Below, piece by piece: positions 49,746-62,900 of a DNA stretch of 64,000 nt; position 1 is the first letter of the stretch, and every line of letters begins with the position of its first letter. This DNA comes from Hemiscyllium ocellatum. Lineage: Eukaryota. The position numbers and the translations under genes were made by a program. The notes beneath the pieces were generated by a model, which saw nothing but the letters and a program-made list of their open reading frames with translations, searched no databases and was not told where the DNA came from. The stretch is from positions 137,265,740-137,329,739 of the forward strand of contig NC_083401.1 of the NCBI RefSeq assembly GCF_020745735.1, written 5' to 3'.

Positions 49746-50069
49746 ACATACTAGTCAGATATCACATCTTGTTACTGAAGTATGTGACTCTTCTTCTGAA
49801 GATTCATTGTTAATCCTTGACACCCCCCCCCCGCCCCCCAATAAGCACCATAGATTGGTATTGCAGGAAGGATAGGTGTTTGTCTGTCCAGAGGACCAAG
49901 TACCAACTTGGTAGCTTAACATCTTTTCATTTATGTGTTTATTTGTGGGTTTTTTTTACACGTCACACGTTTTCTGTTCCAGTTTGTGAACTTGGCTCTG
50001 TTAGTATCATTTTTACCTCTGAATCAGCCGTTTGTGAGTACAAATTCCTGCTCTTGGACGGCATTGTGA

Positions 50070-50285
50070 ATCTCTACACTGGTATTATGCAATACCAAGG
50101 GAGTGCTATCTGTCAGCTGAAGTTCGAAACTGAGGTATTTATTGAGGAATTGGGCTGTATTCCAGTGACCTGACCACTATTCCTCCTTCAACCAACGCCA
50201 CAGAAACACACTAAACTGAAGCTTTATTTTGCTTTTTTATTTGAAAGCTTGTTCTGCTCAAACTGGCTGCTGTTCTTTTTCAGAT
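50070..50285 (+). mobile_element. Ancient DeuSINE-like remnant
   Basis: gcaataccaagggagtgct...aaactgagg...cctccttcaaccaac...aaactggctgctg resembles, from memory, the Deu domain of shark DeuSINEs. Highly diverged. Confidence 0.45.
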
Positions 50286-51769
50286 AAATCTCTTTTTCTG
50301 CTGTTGAACTATATCCTTCCTTTTAAAGCAATTTATTTCTTTCTTTCTTAGTTTGATTTATTTTGTCTCTGTTCTCTTCATTTTTTCCCCTTGGTTTCAA
50401 TTTGACCACGGGGGAACATACCTTAAGTATTTCTATGTGACTTTTTAAAGTCGAGTGATCAGGTCAAGAATAAATTTGACCTACAAGGAGTTGCAGTTTA
50501 TTTAAATGTGTAAGTTGCATGTATGCTAGCATGGTTTGCTCCTAATGATACAGTGTACCTCATCAGAATGATCACGTTGCATTTTTCAAAACACAATACG
50601 AACAGATGAAATGATGATAATTTAATTAGACTAATTCTAAACAGACAAAATAAATCAAATTCAGAAGAAAAATGTTACGCAATAAATTTGTTATCAGCAG
50701 AAAATATATTGGGGATGTTGTATTATTTTCTTACTAAATGTTACAGCTTGCAATTCAGATGTAATCAATGTTATGCAGACTTTGTTTCACAATTAAGGTA
50801 TCCGGATTTTCAAAAGCTCAGAGATTGAAGAAGCTTATCTTGCCTTGCATCAAAGTAACCCCACTACTTTAAAACTCAGTTATTGGACTTTCCTTATTAT
50901 AAATAAAGTTATAGTTACCCTTATTCATCCTCACCGAATATGTAAGTGCTAATGTTCATGATCAGCTCTCATATTAAAACATATGAAATGAAAGGGAAAG
51001 AGCTACACGCTGAAGAAGCTTATTTGAAAAGTGAAGGGGAATTAACCAGTAATAATTGTTTGTGTTTGAGCCAAATAGAAAAATTAACATTTGAGTGTAG
51101 CTGTAGAGGTAAAATAATGATCAGAAATGTCCAAAAATGTTGTTTCCAAAGAACATTGTTTCAGTCATCAAAAGTGTCAAGGAAAAGGGTTTTTTTTATT
51201 GTAGGTCAGTCTATCATATAGAAGAAGGTAGACATCCTTATAATTGCCTTCCCACTGTCTGGGCTAACTAATTAGTTGTAGTGCTACCAATAACACTATT
51301 CCCAGTTCCTGGACTACTTGAAAGCATTTTCCTTGTTTCTTTCTGCCAGTTGTGGGAAGTATGAGTGCAATATATTGTCCTGATCTCTTTGATATTGTTA
51401 CTTTCCTAATGTCTGTGTTTATGCAGATTATGAAAATGATTTTAGGGCTTTTAACCTTCTTTTAGTACAATTAGCTGAGACATAAGATTTGTCTGCCTCC
51501 ATTCTAATGCCTTACATGCTAATTATGCAAAAACAAAAATGGTAATTGGACCCAAACACCTTTAGAGCACAGCCATTTTCTCCATAATACTGCATGCTCC
51601 TGACCCAAAACATTTCTCTACCAGCTGCACAGGTAATTTTCCATTATTACCATCAGAATATATTCTCACATTGATCTTACATCTTCCACCTTGTAAATGG
51701 TCTGCACTTGCAGGAGATCCTAGCGAGTGCAACAAATTTATATTATTCATTTTTACCTTTTTTTTTAAT

Positions 51770-51875
51770 CAACCCTGTTCAGAGATGTCATTTACAAACC
51801 TGTGGAGCAGGTGGGACTTAAACCCAAGCCTCCCAGTCCAAAGGTGGGGACGTTACCAGTGCACCACATGAGGAC
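51770..51875 (-). mobile_element. tRNA-derived SINE head (non-HE1)
   Basis: Minus strand gtggtgcactggtaac (A-box-like) ... gggtttaagtccc (B-box-like). Confidence 0.55.
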
Positions 51876-52686
51876 TCTGTTATTCATTTGTATCCTATTG
51901 ATTTTGTAGTGCATAATCATATGCTGTAATTTTTGTGGACCGATTATATATAATCATTCAAATTAGAGGGTGAGTTCTTTGACAACCTCAAGTAAAAGTA
52001 GAACCTCATGTTTTGTTCCTTTTACACTACTGTGTGATTTGCAGTTTAATTTCTCTACATCTAAAGAAATAGTATAGAAGATTTTCAGTTATTGTACTCG
52101 AAGTAAAAATAAATCATTGAAAATTTTCGATATATCTATTCCTCAGATTTAGTTGAAAAGAACAATTCTGATCTTGCACTTAAAGCAATAAAACCTTCTT
52201 TCAAAACCTGTTGAATCTTCTGTGCATTTTCAGCATTTTAAATTTTTTATTTCGTGCTAGCATTCTAACCTCCACAGCTCTGATTTTGACAAGATCTTGG
52301 AATGTATATTTCCCTGTGTCTTAAAGAATATTGCTTTAATATGATAACTCTAATAATTCAGGAGAAAAGCAAGAAGTTAGTTGATAAAATAAATTGCATT
52401 TTATTCAACAAAGTACTATTTGCTTAGCTGTAAGATACAAGTAAATGACAAGAAGAAGAACCAACTGTTAAAAGAGCCGACCTCAAAGGGACAAGAATGG
52501 AGCTGCCTGATAGACTGGGGTCAAGGTTGCAAATATATGGTGGTGAGCAATGGACTAGCTTCAAAGAGGAAATGGATTGGGTGCTATAGTTTTCCTCAAA
52601 AAATACTATAGCTCCCTGGAAGACTAAATTAAAGAAGAAAAACGAGCTCATAACAAATGTTAGGTTGAAAATACAACATACAACCA

Positions 52687-53090
52687 AGTTAAAAGATTAC
52701 ACAACACCAGATTGTAATCCAACAGGTTGGTTTGGAAGCTTTTGCAATAAATTCTGTGTCTCATGATCCCGCTCCGCAGCCACCTGATGAAGGAGCAGCA
52801 CTCCGAAAGCCAGGTCTTCCAAACCAACCTGTTGGACTACAGCCTGGTGTTGTGCAATTCCCCACTTTATTTCAGCCTTAAATGACCCATCCGTGTCAGC
52901 CCTCTGTGGTATAGAGTTGCACAGATTTGCTATAAATTCGGTGTGTTATGACCCTGCTGCACAGGTACATGATGAAGGAGCAATGCTCCAAAAGCCAGTG
53001 CTTCTAAATAAACCTATTGGACAGTAACCTGGTGCTGTCTGATTTTTAACTTTGTCCACCCCCCCCGTCCAACACTGGCTCCTCCACATC
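52687..53090 (+). mobile_element. Penelope-type family B insertion: inverted tail plus two direct hammerhead-bearing repeats
   Basis: TSD acaacatacaacca (52673-52686) / acaacacacaacca (53091-53104). Core cac-CTGATGA(52784-52790)-a-GGAG-cagca-CTCC-GAAA, with a second degenerate core at about 52968-53000. Confidence 0.8.
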
Positions 53091-53139
53091 ACAACACACA
53101 ACCATGTGGCTATGGTGAATTTTGATTGTTTATAAGAAA

Positions 53140-54920
53140 AATGAAAAACAAATAAGAGAAGCAAAGAGGGATTAATAAATAAAAGACTGCCATCTAATGT
53201 ACAGAGAAATTCCAAAGTCTTATAAAGGGATATTAGTCATAAAAGGGTGTTTAAGGGAGGAAGAGAGATGCCTGGAGACTGAAGAGGGCATTTACACAAA
53301 GAAACCACAGGGATTGAATGAATATTTTGCATTTGCCTTTACTTGCAAGACAAATGCTGCTCAGTCTATGTTGTCAGAAGCGAAAACTCAATCACTGGAA
53401 GGGTTTAAGTTGATGAGAGGCATTGGATAAGCCGTCAGTACTTAGAGTTAGAAAGACTCTTGGACCAGATCACATGCATCCAGGGATTTGAAGGAAGTGG
53501 AGATTACAGAGGCACTGACCATAATCATTCAAACTTCCCTGCACTCCGGGATGGTGCTGTTGGACTGCAGAATTAGGAAATATTTTGTCCTTATTCAAAT
53601 CCTGCTGTCAAGACAGCAATTACAAACCAGTGAGTTTGACTCATATGGTAGGAATGCTTCTAAAAATAATTATTTGGGATAGGATTAATAATCAAGTGGA
53701 AAAACATGGGTCAGTTCAGAAGGGGTATAGATTCACTAAAGGGTAATTATCTAACTTATTGCAGGCTCACTGAAGAGGTAACAGAAAGAGTTAAAGAGGG
53801 AAAAGCTGTTGGTGTGGTGTAAATGAATTTTCAAATGAAACATCAATAAAAAATTGGCTGCAGAATATGAGACAGAAAATAATAGCTAATCAGTACTTTT
53901 GACCTGGAAGAAGGTTTGTAGTAGAATTGCTCACTGAGGTGCTCATTTGAATCCTCTAAATCAGTAATGTCTGTTATCTCTCCCTCCAGTCAGTATTGGG
54001 ACCCTTGCTTTTCCTGACAAATATAAATGATCTTGATCTTCCTGTGCAGGAGACAATTTCAAAGTTTGTGGAGGTTGCAACACTTTGAAGAACTGTAAAC
54101 TAGAAGGAGGACAGTGTAGAACTACCTAAAGAGATTGGCCATTTACTGTAGTGAGCAGATGGATGGAACATGAAGTTCAATGTGAAAAAGAATGAGGTAA
54201 AGTCCTTTGGTACAAGATCATGGAGAATTAGCACAAAAAAGAACTTACTAAAGTGTGTGCAGGAGCAGGGGAACTACATGTAAAGGTGCATAAGTCATTA
54301 CAGATGACAGGACAAGTTGAGAGAACTAGTGATAAAGCATACAGAATATTTGGCTTCATTAACTGGGGTATAGAGTACAAGAGCAGAGAGGTTATGATGA
54401 ACTGATGCAAACACTGTTTAGACTCACTTGCAATATTATGTACAGTTTTGAGAACCATATATTTGAGTGAATGCAGAACAAGGCTATATTTGGTTTCAGA
54501 GGTGGGAAGCTTCAGTTATGAGGATAGATTGGAGAAATTGGGACTGTTCTCCTTGGAGACTGGAAGGCTTAGAGGAGATCTGATAGAAGCTTTCAAGATC
54601 ATGAACAGTCTGGATAGCTGAGTTGGGAGAAACGGTCCCTGCTCCTAACAGGGTAGAGAACCAGAGGGCACAACTTCAAAGTACTTTCCAAAAGAAGCAA
54701 GTGCAAAGTGCAACATAACGTTTTCCACACAGAGAGTAGTTAGGATCAAGCATGCATAGCCTGGAAGTGAGGTGGAGGCAAGTTCCTTGAGGCATTCAAG
54801 AGGACATTAGATTGAAACAAAGGGCAAAGTTAAGGCAGGAGGTTGGCATCAAGTCAGGGAGCTGGTGCAGACTGTGGGCTTAGTGCTCATCTTTTGTACT
54901 GTAACAATTGTGTGATCCTG
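53140..54920 (+). mobile_element. Old decayed CR1 LINE
   Basis: Residual RT-region motifs (ttgaatgaatattttgcat, ggaccagat...catccaggg, gtattgggacccttgcttttc, agaggagatctgatagaagctttcaagatcatg). No long frame. Confidence 0.75.
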
Positions 54921-55182
54921 TGAATTGAGAGATCAGGAGGCTCACTGGCCAGTCATTACATCCAGAATCTAGGTGTGCATGCTCATTCAGCATTCTCCTC
55001 GATAATACCCCATTGAGGTGCTCATTTGAATCCTCTAAATCAGTAATAGTCTGTTATCTCACCCTTCACTGAGGTGGCAAACAAAGCATCCTTTCACCTT
55101 GGCCTGGATGACTCACCATATCTGATTCCAACTCTGTGCTAATTCCTAAAGTAAATGGATCGCCAGTGCTGGCAAATGAGAA

Positions 55183-55264
55183 TAGATTAGGTTGGGATAT
55201 CTGGTCGGCATGGACGAGTTGACCGAATGGTCTGTTTACGTGCTGTACATCTCTATGACTCTCT
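55183..55264 (+). mobile_element. HER1 extreme 3' tail
   Basis: tagattaggttgggatatctggtcggcatggacgagtt...ctctatgactct. Confidence 0.85.
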
Positions 55265-56329
55265 GACTGACCTGGTGACTACGAGCGTCAGATTAAGTGA
55301 AGCGGTGACTCAGCGGAGGAAAATTAATGGAGTGGCTTGGGAAGGAAAGGGCCCATGTCACACCATTAACAGCTTAGGACAACTGTTAGAATTCAGGATG
55401 AAAGTGTTCTGGTGTTGAGAAGGGGCATAAGGCAGGAAGATATTGTCATGCTGAAAATTCCCAGTGATGTCTAATATTTCAGATCCTGTTGCAGCCCACT
55501 GTGGAGAGAACAATCTACTCTACAGGAACTGTGAGATGCAGCTGATCTTGGACCCAGTCAGTCAGCTTTGTTCTTTTTCATTGTGTGCTACCTTGTTCAG
55601 AATTTCATGCACTGTATACTAGTATCTTTGGGTAATCTTCCCACATTAGCTGAGATGTATGGAGGGAATGACGGGTGAGTGTGAGGCTCATCGGTATTTG
55701 AGGGTGAGGTAGGCCTGTGTTCTGCGATGAGGCTGTGGTGCACTGAGCAGTGTGAGAAGTTGGTGGTGTGGAGTTGAACAATGCTCAAACACAATAGAAA
55801 TACACGAGGGTAAACAAGATGGGAACTTGCCTTGCGCGATTAACTGAGCTGGATTAGGCTTTAATTTGTTGACGCCAAACTGTAGCATGGTGTTTGCTTT
55901 TCCTCCACATGCCTGTTCTGGCAAAGTCAAAGATGATTAAGGACATAATTCAATGTTGATAATGTGGTTAATGTTTCTGCCATCATCTGTTCAGACTGTT
56001 CATTGTCTACATCCAACAAACACAGCAACTCCATGATAATTTTTCCAACCAAAAATCAGGTGGCCATTTTTTCTGAAAGCCTTTATGTACTTGAATATGC
56101 TGCACATAGCATGGTATTTTATCATGTCTTGATGAAATAAATATTTCTTGAAAGCTATTGTGGAAATCAGAGACTGACAAAAACATGATTCAGTAAGAAT
56201 TCTACATCAAGTATCATAACATGGAAACAATGTGATCCTTGGGATTATTGGGTTACTGGATACCAGTTATTTTAAGTGAGCTGCATTCACAATATACTCC
56301 TATCCAATAAATTCCCCATACTATCCAGA

Positions 56330-56460
56330 GTTATGTGGGCTAGGTGGCTTAGCCATGGGAAATACAGACTTATAGAGAGTGGGGTGGGTCTGGGTCTGGA
56401 TGGGATACTCTTTGGTGGGCTAAATGGCCTGTTTCTGTGCTGTAGGCATTCCACAATTCC
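56330..56460 (+). mobile_element. HE1-like SINE 3' fragment
   Basis: ggctaggtggcttagccatgggaaat...gggtctgg...aatggcctgtttc. Confidence 0.65.
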
Positions 56461-56489
56461 ACGTTTACCATGTGGCTCCATAATTTCAT

Positions 56490-56735
56490 GATTAGGAGGT
56501 ACTGGTGTTGGACTGGGGTGTACAAAGTTAAAAATCACACAACACCAGGTTATAGTTCAACAGCTTTATTTGGAAGCATTAGCTTTCAGAGCACTGTTCC
56601 TTCATCAGGTGGTTATGGAGCTTATGCCCAAAACATCAATTCTCCTGCTCCTCAAATACTGCCTGACCTGCTGTGCTTTTCCAGCACCACGCTCTCGACT
56701 CTGATCTCCAGCATCTGCAGTCCTCAATTTCCCCT
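56490..56735. mobile_element. Head-to-head chimera of a family B tail (minus) and a family A tail (plus)
   Basis: 56490-56613 is family B in reverse orientation (ccttcatcaggtgg). 56617-56735 is family A (gagcttatgcccaaaacatcaattctcctgctcc...). Confidence 0.8.
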
Positions 56736-56987
56736 ATGATTCCAAACCTACAAGGTGCTGTCTGCAGTGTTGTGGAAGCTGTTATTGATGAGCTTAGAGA
56801 ATGAATGTTGGCTGTCTACTTCACATGGGTGCGAGGCAGGATGAGGAAGATCAGCCCTGATGAGTTTTAATGCTATCCTTACCCAAAGGTTTTCAAATGC
56901 CTTTTAAGCAGTAATCGCTGGCTGATTTTCCCCTCCATAGCTGGGAACCTGATGAAACTGATTGTAGCATTTGTCATTTCATTGCAA

Positions 56988-57135
56988 AGAAATAAATAAC
57001 TTGCATTCATTAACATCTTCTACAATCTCAGGATATCCTACACCTTTCCAGTTAATTAAGTGCTTCTGAGTTGTAGCCACTGTTGTGGCACAACAAATAG
57101 GACAAGCAAATTCCTTACAGCAAGCTTCCCCCAAC
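56988..57135 (-). mobile_element. Ancient DeuSINE-like 3' tail
   Basis: Minus strand gggaagcttgctgt...caacagtggctacaac...tcctgag...aatgcaagttattt resembles, from memory, the DeuSINE 3' region. Confidence 0.5.
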
Positions 57136-58024
57136 ATTCAGGTTGAAAGAGGTTCCTTTCAGTTTTTCATGTTTCAACTACTTTCAACCTTTATCTGTTG
57201 TGTTATCAGAAGATCTTTGGCCTTTTAAAAATTATTTTAACAACCATCAACAAACACCACTTGTTAAAGTGACTTTGATTTCTAGAGGGTCATGCCTGCC
57301 TTTTATCAGTAATGGCATTGTCCTGAGAAACTCCTTCACTGCTTCATTTGACATCTCAGACACTCACGAAAATAACACAAAGTTCACATAACTCATACCC
57401 CAAGAATAAGTTTAAGAACTCCTAAATCACCTGTAACATGTTTCTATATTTACAATTCCTGGTTTTCTAGCCAAGTTGTTTTTGTTAAGTCTGAAGAAAT
57501 GTTTCGAAGAGCACACACTTAATAAATGTTTAAAGTGATCTCTAACCATAGTACATCAATGTAATAGGATCTTTGTGACTATATCATTTCATACTCTGTA
57601 TGTCTATGGTATTAAGCCATTTTTTTAATGTTTGAACTTTTGAGTAGAAATTGAAACTGTAAATAAATATGCATTGCCTTGGAATTTAAAGTAAATTAAG
57701 TGCATGTGTAAAACAGGTGGGTTTTTTTTGTTTAATCTAATCTATAGTATTATACAGAACAGGATAAACTGAAGAAATTCCTCCAATGGCAGACATAACT
57801 GCTTTATTAAATTACTGATGGGTGATGATAAGGAAACCTGGAAGACTTGATTTTCTCAGCCTTTACTGACTTTGTTGCAATCAAGTTAACAATTTTTCAC
57901 AGGCTGAACCCCTTCAAAAGAATATAAAGCACATCATTCTCTGCAACAAGTACCTCTTCAGTTATGCTGGGTTTCTGCATTGACTCACTCGCACTTTTTC
58001 TATTGTCATGTTTTGTTTTCCCAG

Positions 58025-58129
58025 GAAAAGCCTTACCAGTGCTCAGAATGTAACAAGGCTTTTAGTCAGAAGAGGGGCCTGGATGAACATATGAGGACTC
58101 ATACAGGAGAAAAACCATTCCAGTGTGAT
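58025..58129 (+). CDS. prdm5: PRDM5 next coding exon (C2H2 zinc finger), 105 bp
   Basis: Polypyrimidine tract plus ccAG at 58023-58024 and donor GTaagt at 58130. Translates [35 protein letters not shown], in phase 0 with the 13410-13495 exon and continuing the PRDM5 sequence directly. Confidence 0.95.
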
Positions 58130-58199
58130 GTAAGTAGCTCAGTCTAATTTTAGAACATTGATCATACTACTAACAATCAAATAAGCACTTGTTCCAAGT

Positions 58200-58400
58200 A
58201 TATAATGAATCAGATATGAACATTGTGAGTAGGAGCAGAAGTAGATCATTTGGTCCATCAAACTTGCTTGTCCAGCCAAGCAAATCATCTACATCGATGC
58301 TATTTTTACCCGCTATTTCCATGTCCTTTGATTTCATTGGCATTCGGAAGTCTATGGATTTCTGTCTTGAACATGCTAAACATGGTGCATCATTTCCCAG
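58200..58400 (-). mobile_element. Old CR1 3'-end fragment
   Basis: aggagcagaagtagatcatttggtccatcaa is similar to the minus-strand CR1 end at about 7795-7830. Confidence 0.55.
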
Positions 58401-59577
58401 AACTGTCCTCAATAATTCCTTTCATCTCAGAATCTGGCCGGTGACTTTTCCAATTTATGTGAATTGCGTGTTAACTGTTGATAAGATTCTGTGCAACTAT
58501 GTCACGTCATAAAATTAAGATTAAAAATGTACTCTAAGTTATGATTCTCGGATGTTATATTGTACCAGATGAATCTGATAAATTATTTTGTTGTTGGTGA
58601 TGCAAGTGAAGAAGCTTTTGGCTGGCAATATCCAGATTGCTATTCAGTACTTTAACTTATTTGCAGATTCAATCAAGAAAGTAAACTAACTCAGCTTGAA
58701 AGGATTAGTAAATGTTTCATCTCAAATATATAATGAATAGGTGACATTAGATGACTTCACAAAGTCGTGTTAGTTATTCTCTTCAGTTAATGTAAAACAT
58801 GAAAGGACTGTATGCAATCTACATGTTCCCAGTACTGAAGCCAAAATAAATTGTGTTCTCTCAGCAGGATGTATTGTTACATCAACATTCATTAAAGGCT
58901 CTCATTAAACTTGAATTTGTTGCTGATTGTGTAGCTGCAACTTTGATCCTAATTACCCGGGGAGCCAAATCTAAATACGTGATTTGAAATGGAACAACTG
59001 TTTATGATTACATTGACACACAGAAGTATAAGACAAAACTTACGTTCTACCAACCTTTCATTATCTGATGGGTTTTGTTTAGTCATGTACTTCCATTTAT
59101 TCATAATGGGACAAGTACCATTATTGCCATTGTCAGCAAGGCTTTTAATGCACAATTAAAATCAGCGAGGCATGTACTTCATGAGAGACTTACATTAATG
59201 CTAGAGACTACAACCTCAAATACCCTGAATGATCTATCCGTTAACTCTTCAGATTTGTTGTCTACCTTTTGTGCTAAAGGAAACTGTATGTTTTTAAAAA
59301 TGTGGAAGTTATATAGCAAGAAGCTTACATGAAATAGTGATTTCATTGACCTCACCCAAGTAGTATACAAGTCTGCCATTGAGAATTTCCAAGTCATTCT
59401 TTTGCTTTCTCTAACAAGACCATGAATTTGTCTGTTAGACAGAAGTAAAATAAATGGAAATAGAAAGAGCTGAAATGTTCTGAAGCAACACTCAACCTTT
59501 GCCCATCACCCATGGATAGTGGGGGCTTGTTTGCAGGGATTGTGGCCTCTGGTCACAAAGATGCTGAACATTGCAGG

Positions 59578-59912
59578 AGTAGAATCATAGAAACCTTGGT
59601 GTGGAAACAGGCCATTCTGCCCATTGAGTCGACACCGCCTGTTTGAAGAGCATCCCAACCAGACTCAATCCCATACTCCATCCCTGTAACCCAGCATTTC
59701 CCGTGGCTAATCCACCTAGCCTGCACATCCCTGGATACTATGGACAATTTAGCATGGCACGTCTTTGGACTGTGGAAGGAAACCGGAGCACCCAGATGAA
59801 ACCCACACAGAGGATGTACAAACTCCATATAGACAGTCTCCCTAGGCTGGAATCAAATCTGGGTCGCTGCACTGTGAGGCAGCAGTGCTAACCACTGAGC
59901 CACTGTGCCACC
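59578..59912 (-). mobile_element. HE1-related SINE variant (ATTCT/TATG-type tail)
   Basis: Same head and V-domain, but a different 3' body (ggctaatccacctagcctgcacatcc) and tail. Confidence 0.85.
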
Positions 59913-62900
59913 TATAAGTCCCTTTCTTTTCAGAAATCTTGTGAGATGATGCCAAAGACATGTGTGCCAGAGCTCAGAGGAAGGAGTTTACCTCACCAGG
60001 TACACACCTCATCGATATGTTTACCATTTTCATCTAACAAGACTCTATTTGTGAATGTAATTAGAGTGGCCTGGAGTGCTAATTTGCCCTGTCAGTGCCT
60101 GATTGAGGAACTTGACATTAGGGAATTAGGATAACCAATCCCTGCCTCTGTTGCTGACCAACCCTGCTGTCATGACCCCCTTCCCAAGATCACATTCCCT
60201 CTGTTCCCTTCACCATCACTCACCTCTGTGTGGGTCCATCCTTCATCCAAGATCTCAGATACATGCAGTACTCGTAACAGCCACCATCACTCCAGTGGCA
60301 CTGCTGAGTGCAGAAGGGCAGCTAGCTTCTGATTGACCAGTGGGTGAGGCTATGCTCAGCTAATTGCTTGAGTTGGAGAAGATGTATTATGGCTTGGCTG
60401 AGAGCCCACAGGATTCCACCTAGCAACCAGAAATTTTAACTTTGTATCTCTTCTCCGCACTTGCTGCATGGCCTGCATATTATTTCTATTTTCATATCAG
60501 TTAGAACTGGATTGTCTGAATGCTCTGTGCTGTAAACTCAAGGTTTGGGAATGAAATTAGATAGGCACTGACAATAATGCAGGGGCCATGATGTTCAATT
60601 AACTCTACATGTTGGACTTAATGCAGACAGAATGGTATCTTTGTGCCAGAGCAAATAAATGCTTTACTTCTCTCTCACAATGCTGCAAGCTTCATATCCA
60701 TGCGTTACAGCTTCGGTACTTGTTTAATTGGGCACATTGCACAGCTTTCACTGACAGGTCTCCCTTTTTCTCGAAGTTAGTGCACAATTGAAGGCGGCAG
60801 GTACTAACTGGAAGACCAACATCAGTTTGGATATTGACACTGAATCTTTCTTCGAGGGTATATTGAAAATTGGATCTACACATTGTGTGACACGAGGAAA
60901 AACTTTGCTGCAGTTAGAATACTGAAGGATAGCGCTGGTGCCAGAGGATGAGATTACATCTGAGTTTTGATGCAAACAACTCAGGTGATCATTTCTGTGG
61001 GGCAGGTGATAAAGAAGGTGAGAAGGTACATGTTACAAAGTGCTTGGTAAATAGGGAACCACCCAGCAGTTGAAAAACACAGAATGGTCCTGAACTCACT
61101 TAACAAGCATTTGTGCTGAGTTTAAATGCTGTCTTTTCCAGTGCAGAAGTGGTGATTAACTACAGCAGCGCAGCTGTGGACGCACATACACTTCGGCATC
61201 AGATGATCGACTTCTCAGCTTCCATTGCATTAAAAATTTATTTTTGTTCCCCAACTATCTGAGTGGAGTATTAGAAGCTCAGAATGAAGCTGTGTAAGTT
61301 CAGGCTGCTGTCACCATGGCTGCAGAGAGCAGTGTTCAAAAGGGCTTGTGGGTCCTGACAGTAACCCGGCAATCGTATCCCATCACATATTACTAGAATG
61401 GCCCTGGAGAAGTGGCAGTGACTGCATTGTGAGGAACTCTGTTGTTCCCCCCTCAGTATAATCACACTCTCGCCATGAGCATTCCTCCAGAGCCCTCAAT
61501 ATTGTCTGTCAGCCACCTATCCAATCTCTCCCTGTGAAAGGCAGCAGGCTTCCACTAGCCCAGCTACAGTCAGTGGGGTAACGCTGGGCTAGAGCACTAG
61601 GATGGGCATACACACGTGCACAACACGGGAATAGACAGGAGTGATCAGTTTCTGTTGTTATTCATTATCACGTGATTACGTTCTAAATGTATTTTGGGGT
61701 GGTTACGTTTTGATGGCTTTTATTTTCAGTTGCAGTCCAGGGCACGTATGTTGGTCAGTGACAGAGAAAAGATGAGGAGTGTGAGATTGTTGGTGAAGTG
61801 GGGGGCAAGTGGATTTGCAGTTTCACTGACATTTCGCTCGAATCAGGTTATCCACATGCAAATGGTGGAGAAATGGGATGTTCAACTTTTTATTTTCTTT
61901 CCTTTGCTTCCCCCTCCATCCCTCTCCATCCAGCTGCTCTTCTCTTTGTTCCCGATCCTCACTTCTGTGGAGAGATGGCCACTAAGGGTTGTGTTCTGAC
62001 TCTGGTGAAGCTGCGCAATATGCAGCAGATCACAGCACTCCACTGTGTTGCCCAGAGTGCTCTTGGCAGCAAATACATTTCAGTTTGCTCCTGGTCAGGC
62101 AGTGGGCCCACCTTGTGTCCGTGGGTTGGAAACTGGAGCCAGCAGTTACATTGTCACTGGACAGTCCTTGTCAGCCAGTGGCCACCCTTCAGCATCCGAG
62201 CTGCAGCTGGCATCGAAGACATGCACCCTGACTGCTGCCCAGAGGGTGGATTAACCTGTTTGAGACACTGCATATGGTCATGCTGCTACTGGCCATTGTG
62301 GTAATGGGATCCCTCTTCTTGCCGGAACCTGACTGCATTACAAAGCAGCTATGAGAAGCCTGCAAGCTGAGCAAACCGGCTCAACTCTTGTCGGCTAATC
62401 TTTTGGAAAGAGTGACTGAAATGAACTTATTTCTGGTTGAACAGAGAGCTTCAGTGACCACTGCCTTATTGCGGACAGTGGAGGGAAGACTGTGAGACAC
62501 TGCCTGTACCTGCTGTATCTGCTTGAAGTGTCAGCTGCATTTAAAAAACATCATACTGAGATCACCTGCACAGCCACTGACAATACTGCCTTATCCTGTT
62601 CTGTGGTTAGAGTCAAGTGCTGCAAAGATGCATCCTGATCGATTGCTCTCTATTGAGATTCTGCGAATGATTTGCTCCATGAACACCCCTAGCTATTCAT
62701 AATTCAGTCAAAGAAAGGTGGCTGCAAGCTACCCCAAGCTGGGAGTGGTCGGCATTGCCGCACCATCTAACAGCCTCTGGTTGTTCTCCTGGTCATGCTG
62801 CTTTGTAAAGGGAATGCCAGCTAGTGCACCTCTGTCCCAGAGCAACCAGTATGTAACCTACACATTAACAAAAATAAAGTAGTGCAATGTGCACCCTGCC

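Larger units (their letters stand above)
13496..58024 (+). other. prdm5: 44.5-kb GT-AG intron of prdm5
   Basis: GT at 13496 and AG at 58023-58024. The flanking exons join in frame (...HTR|EKPY...). Confidence 0.88.
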
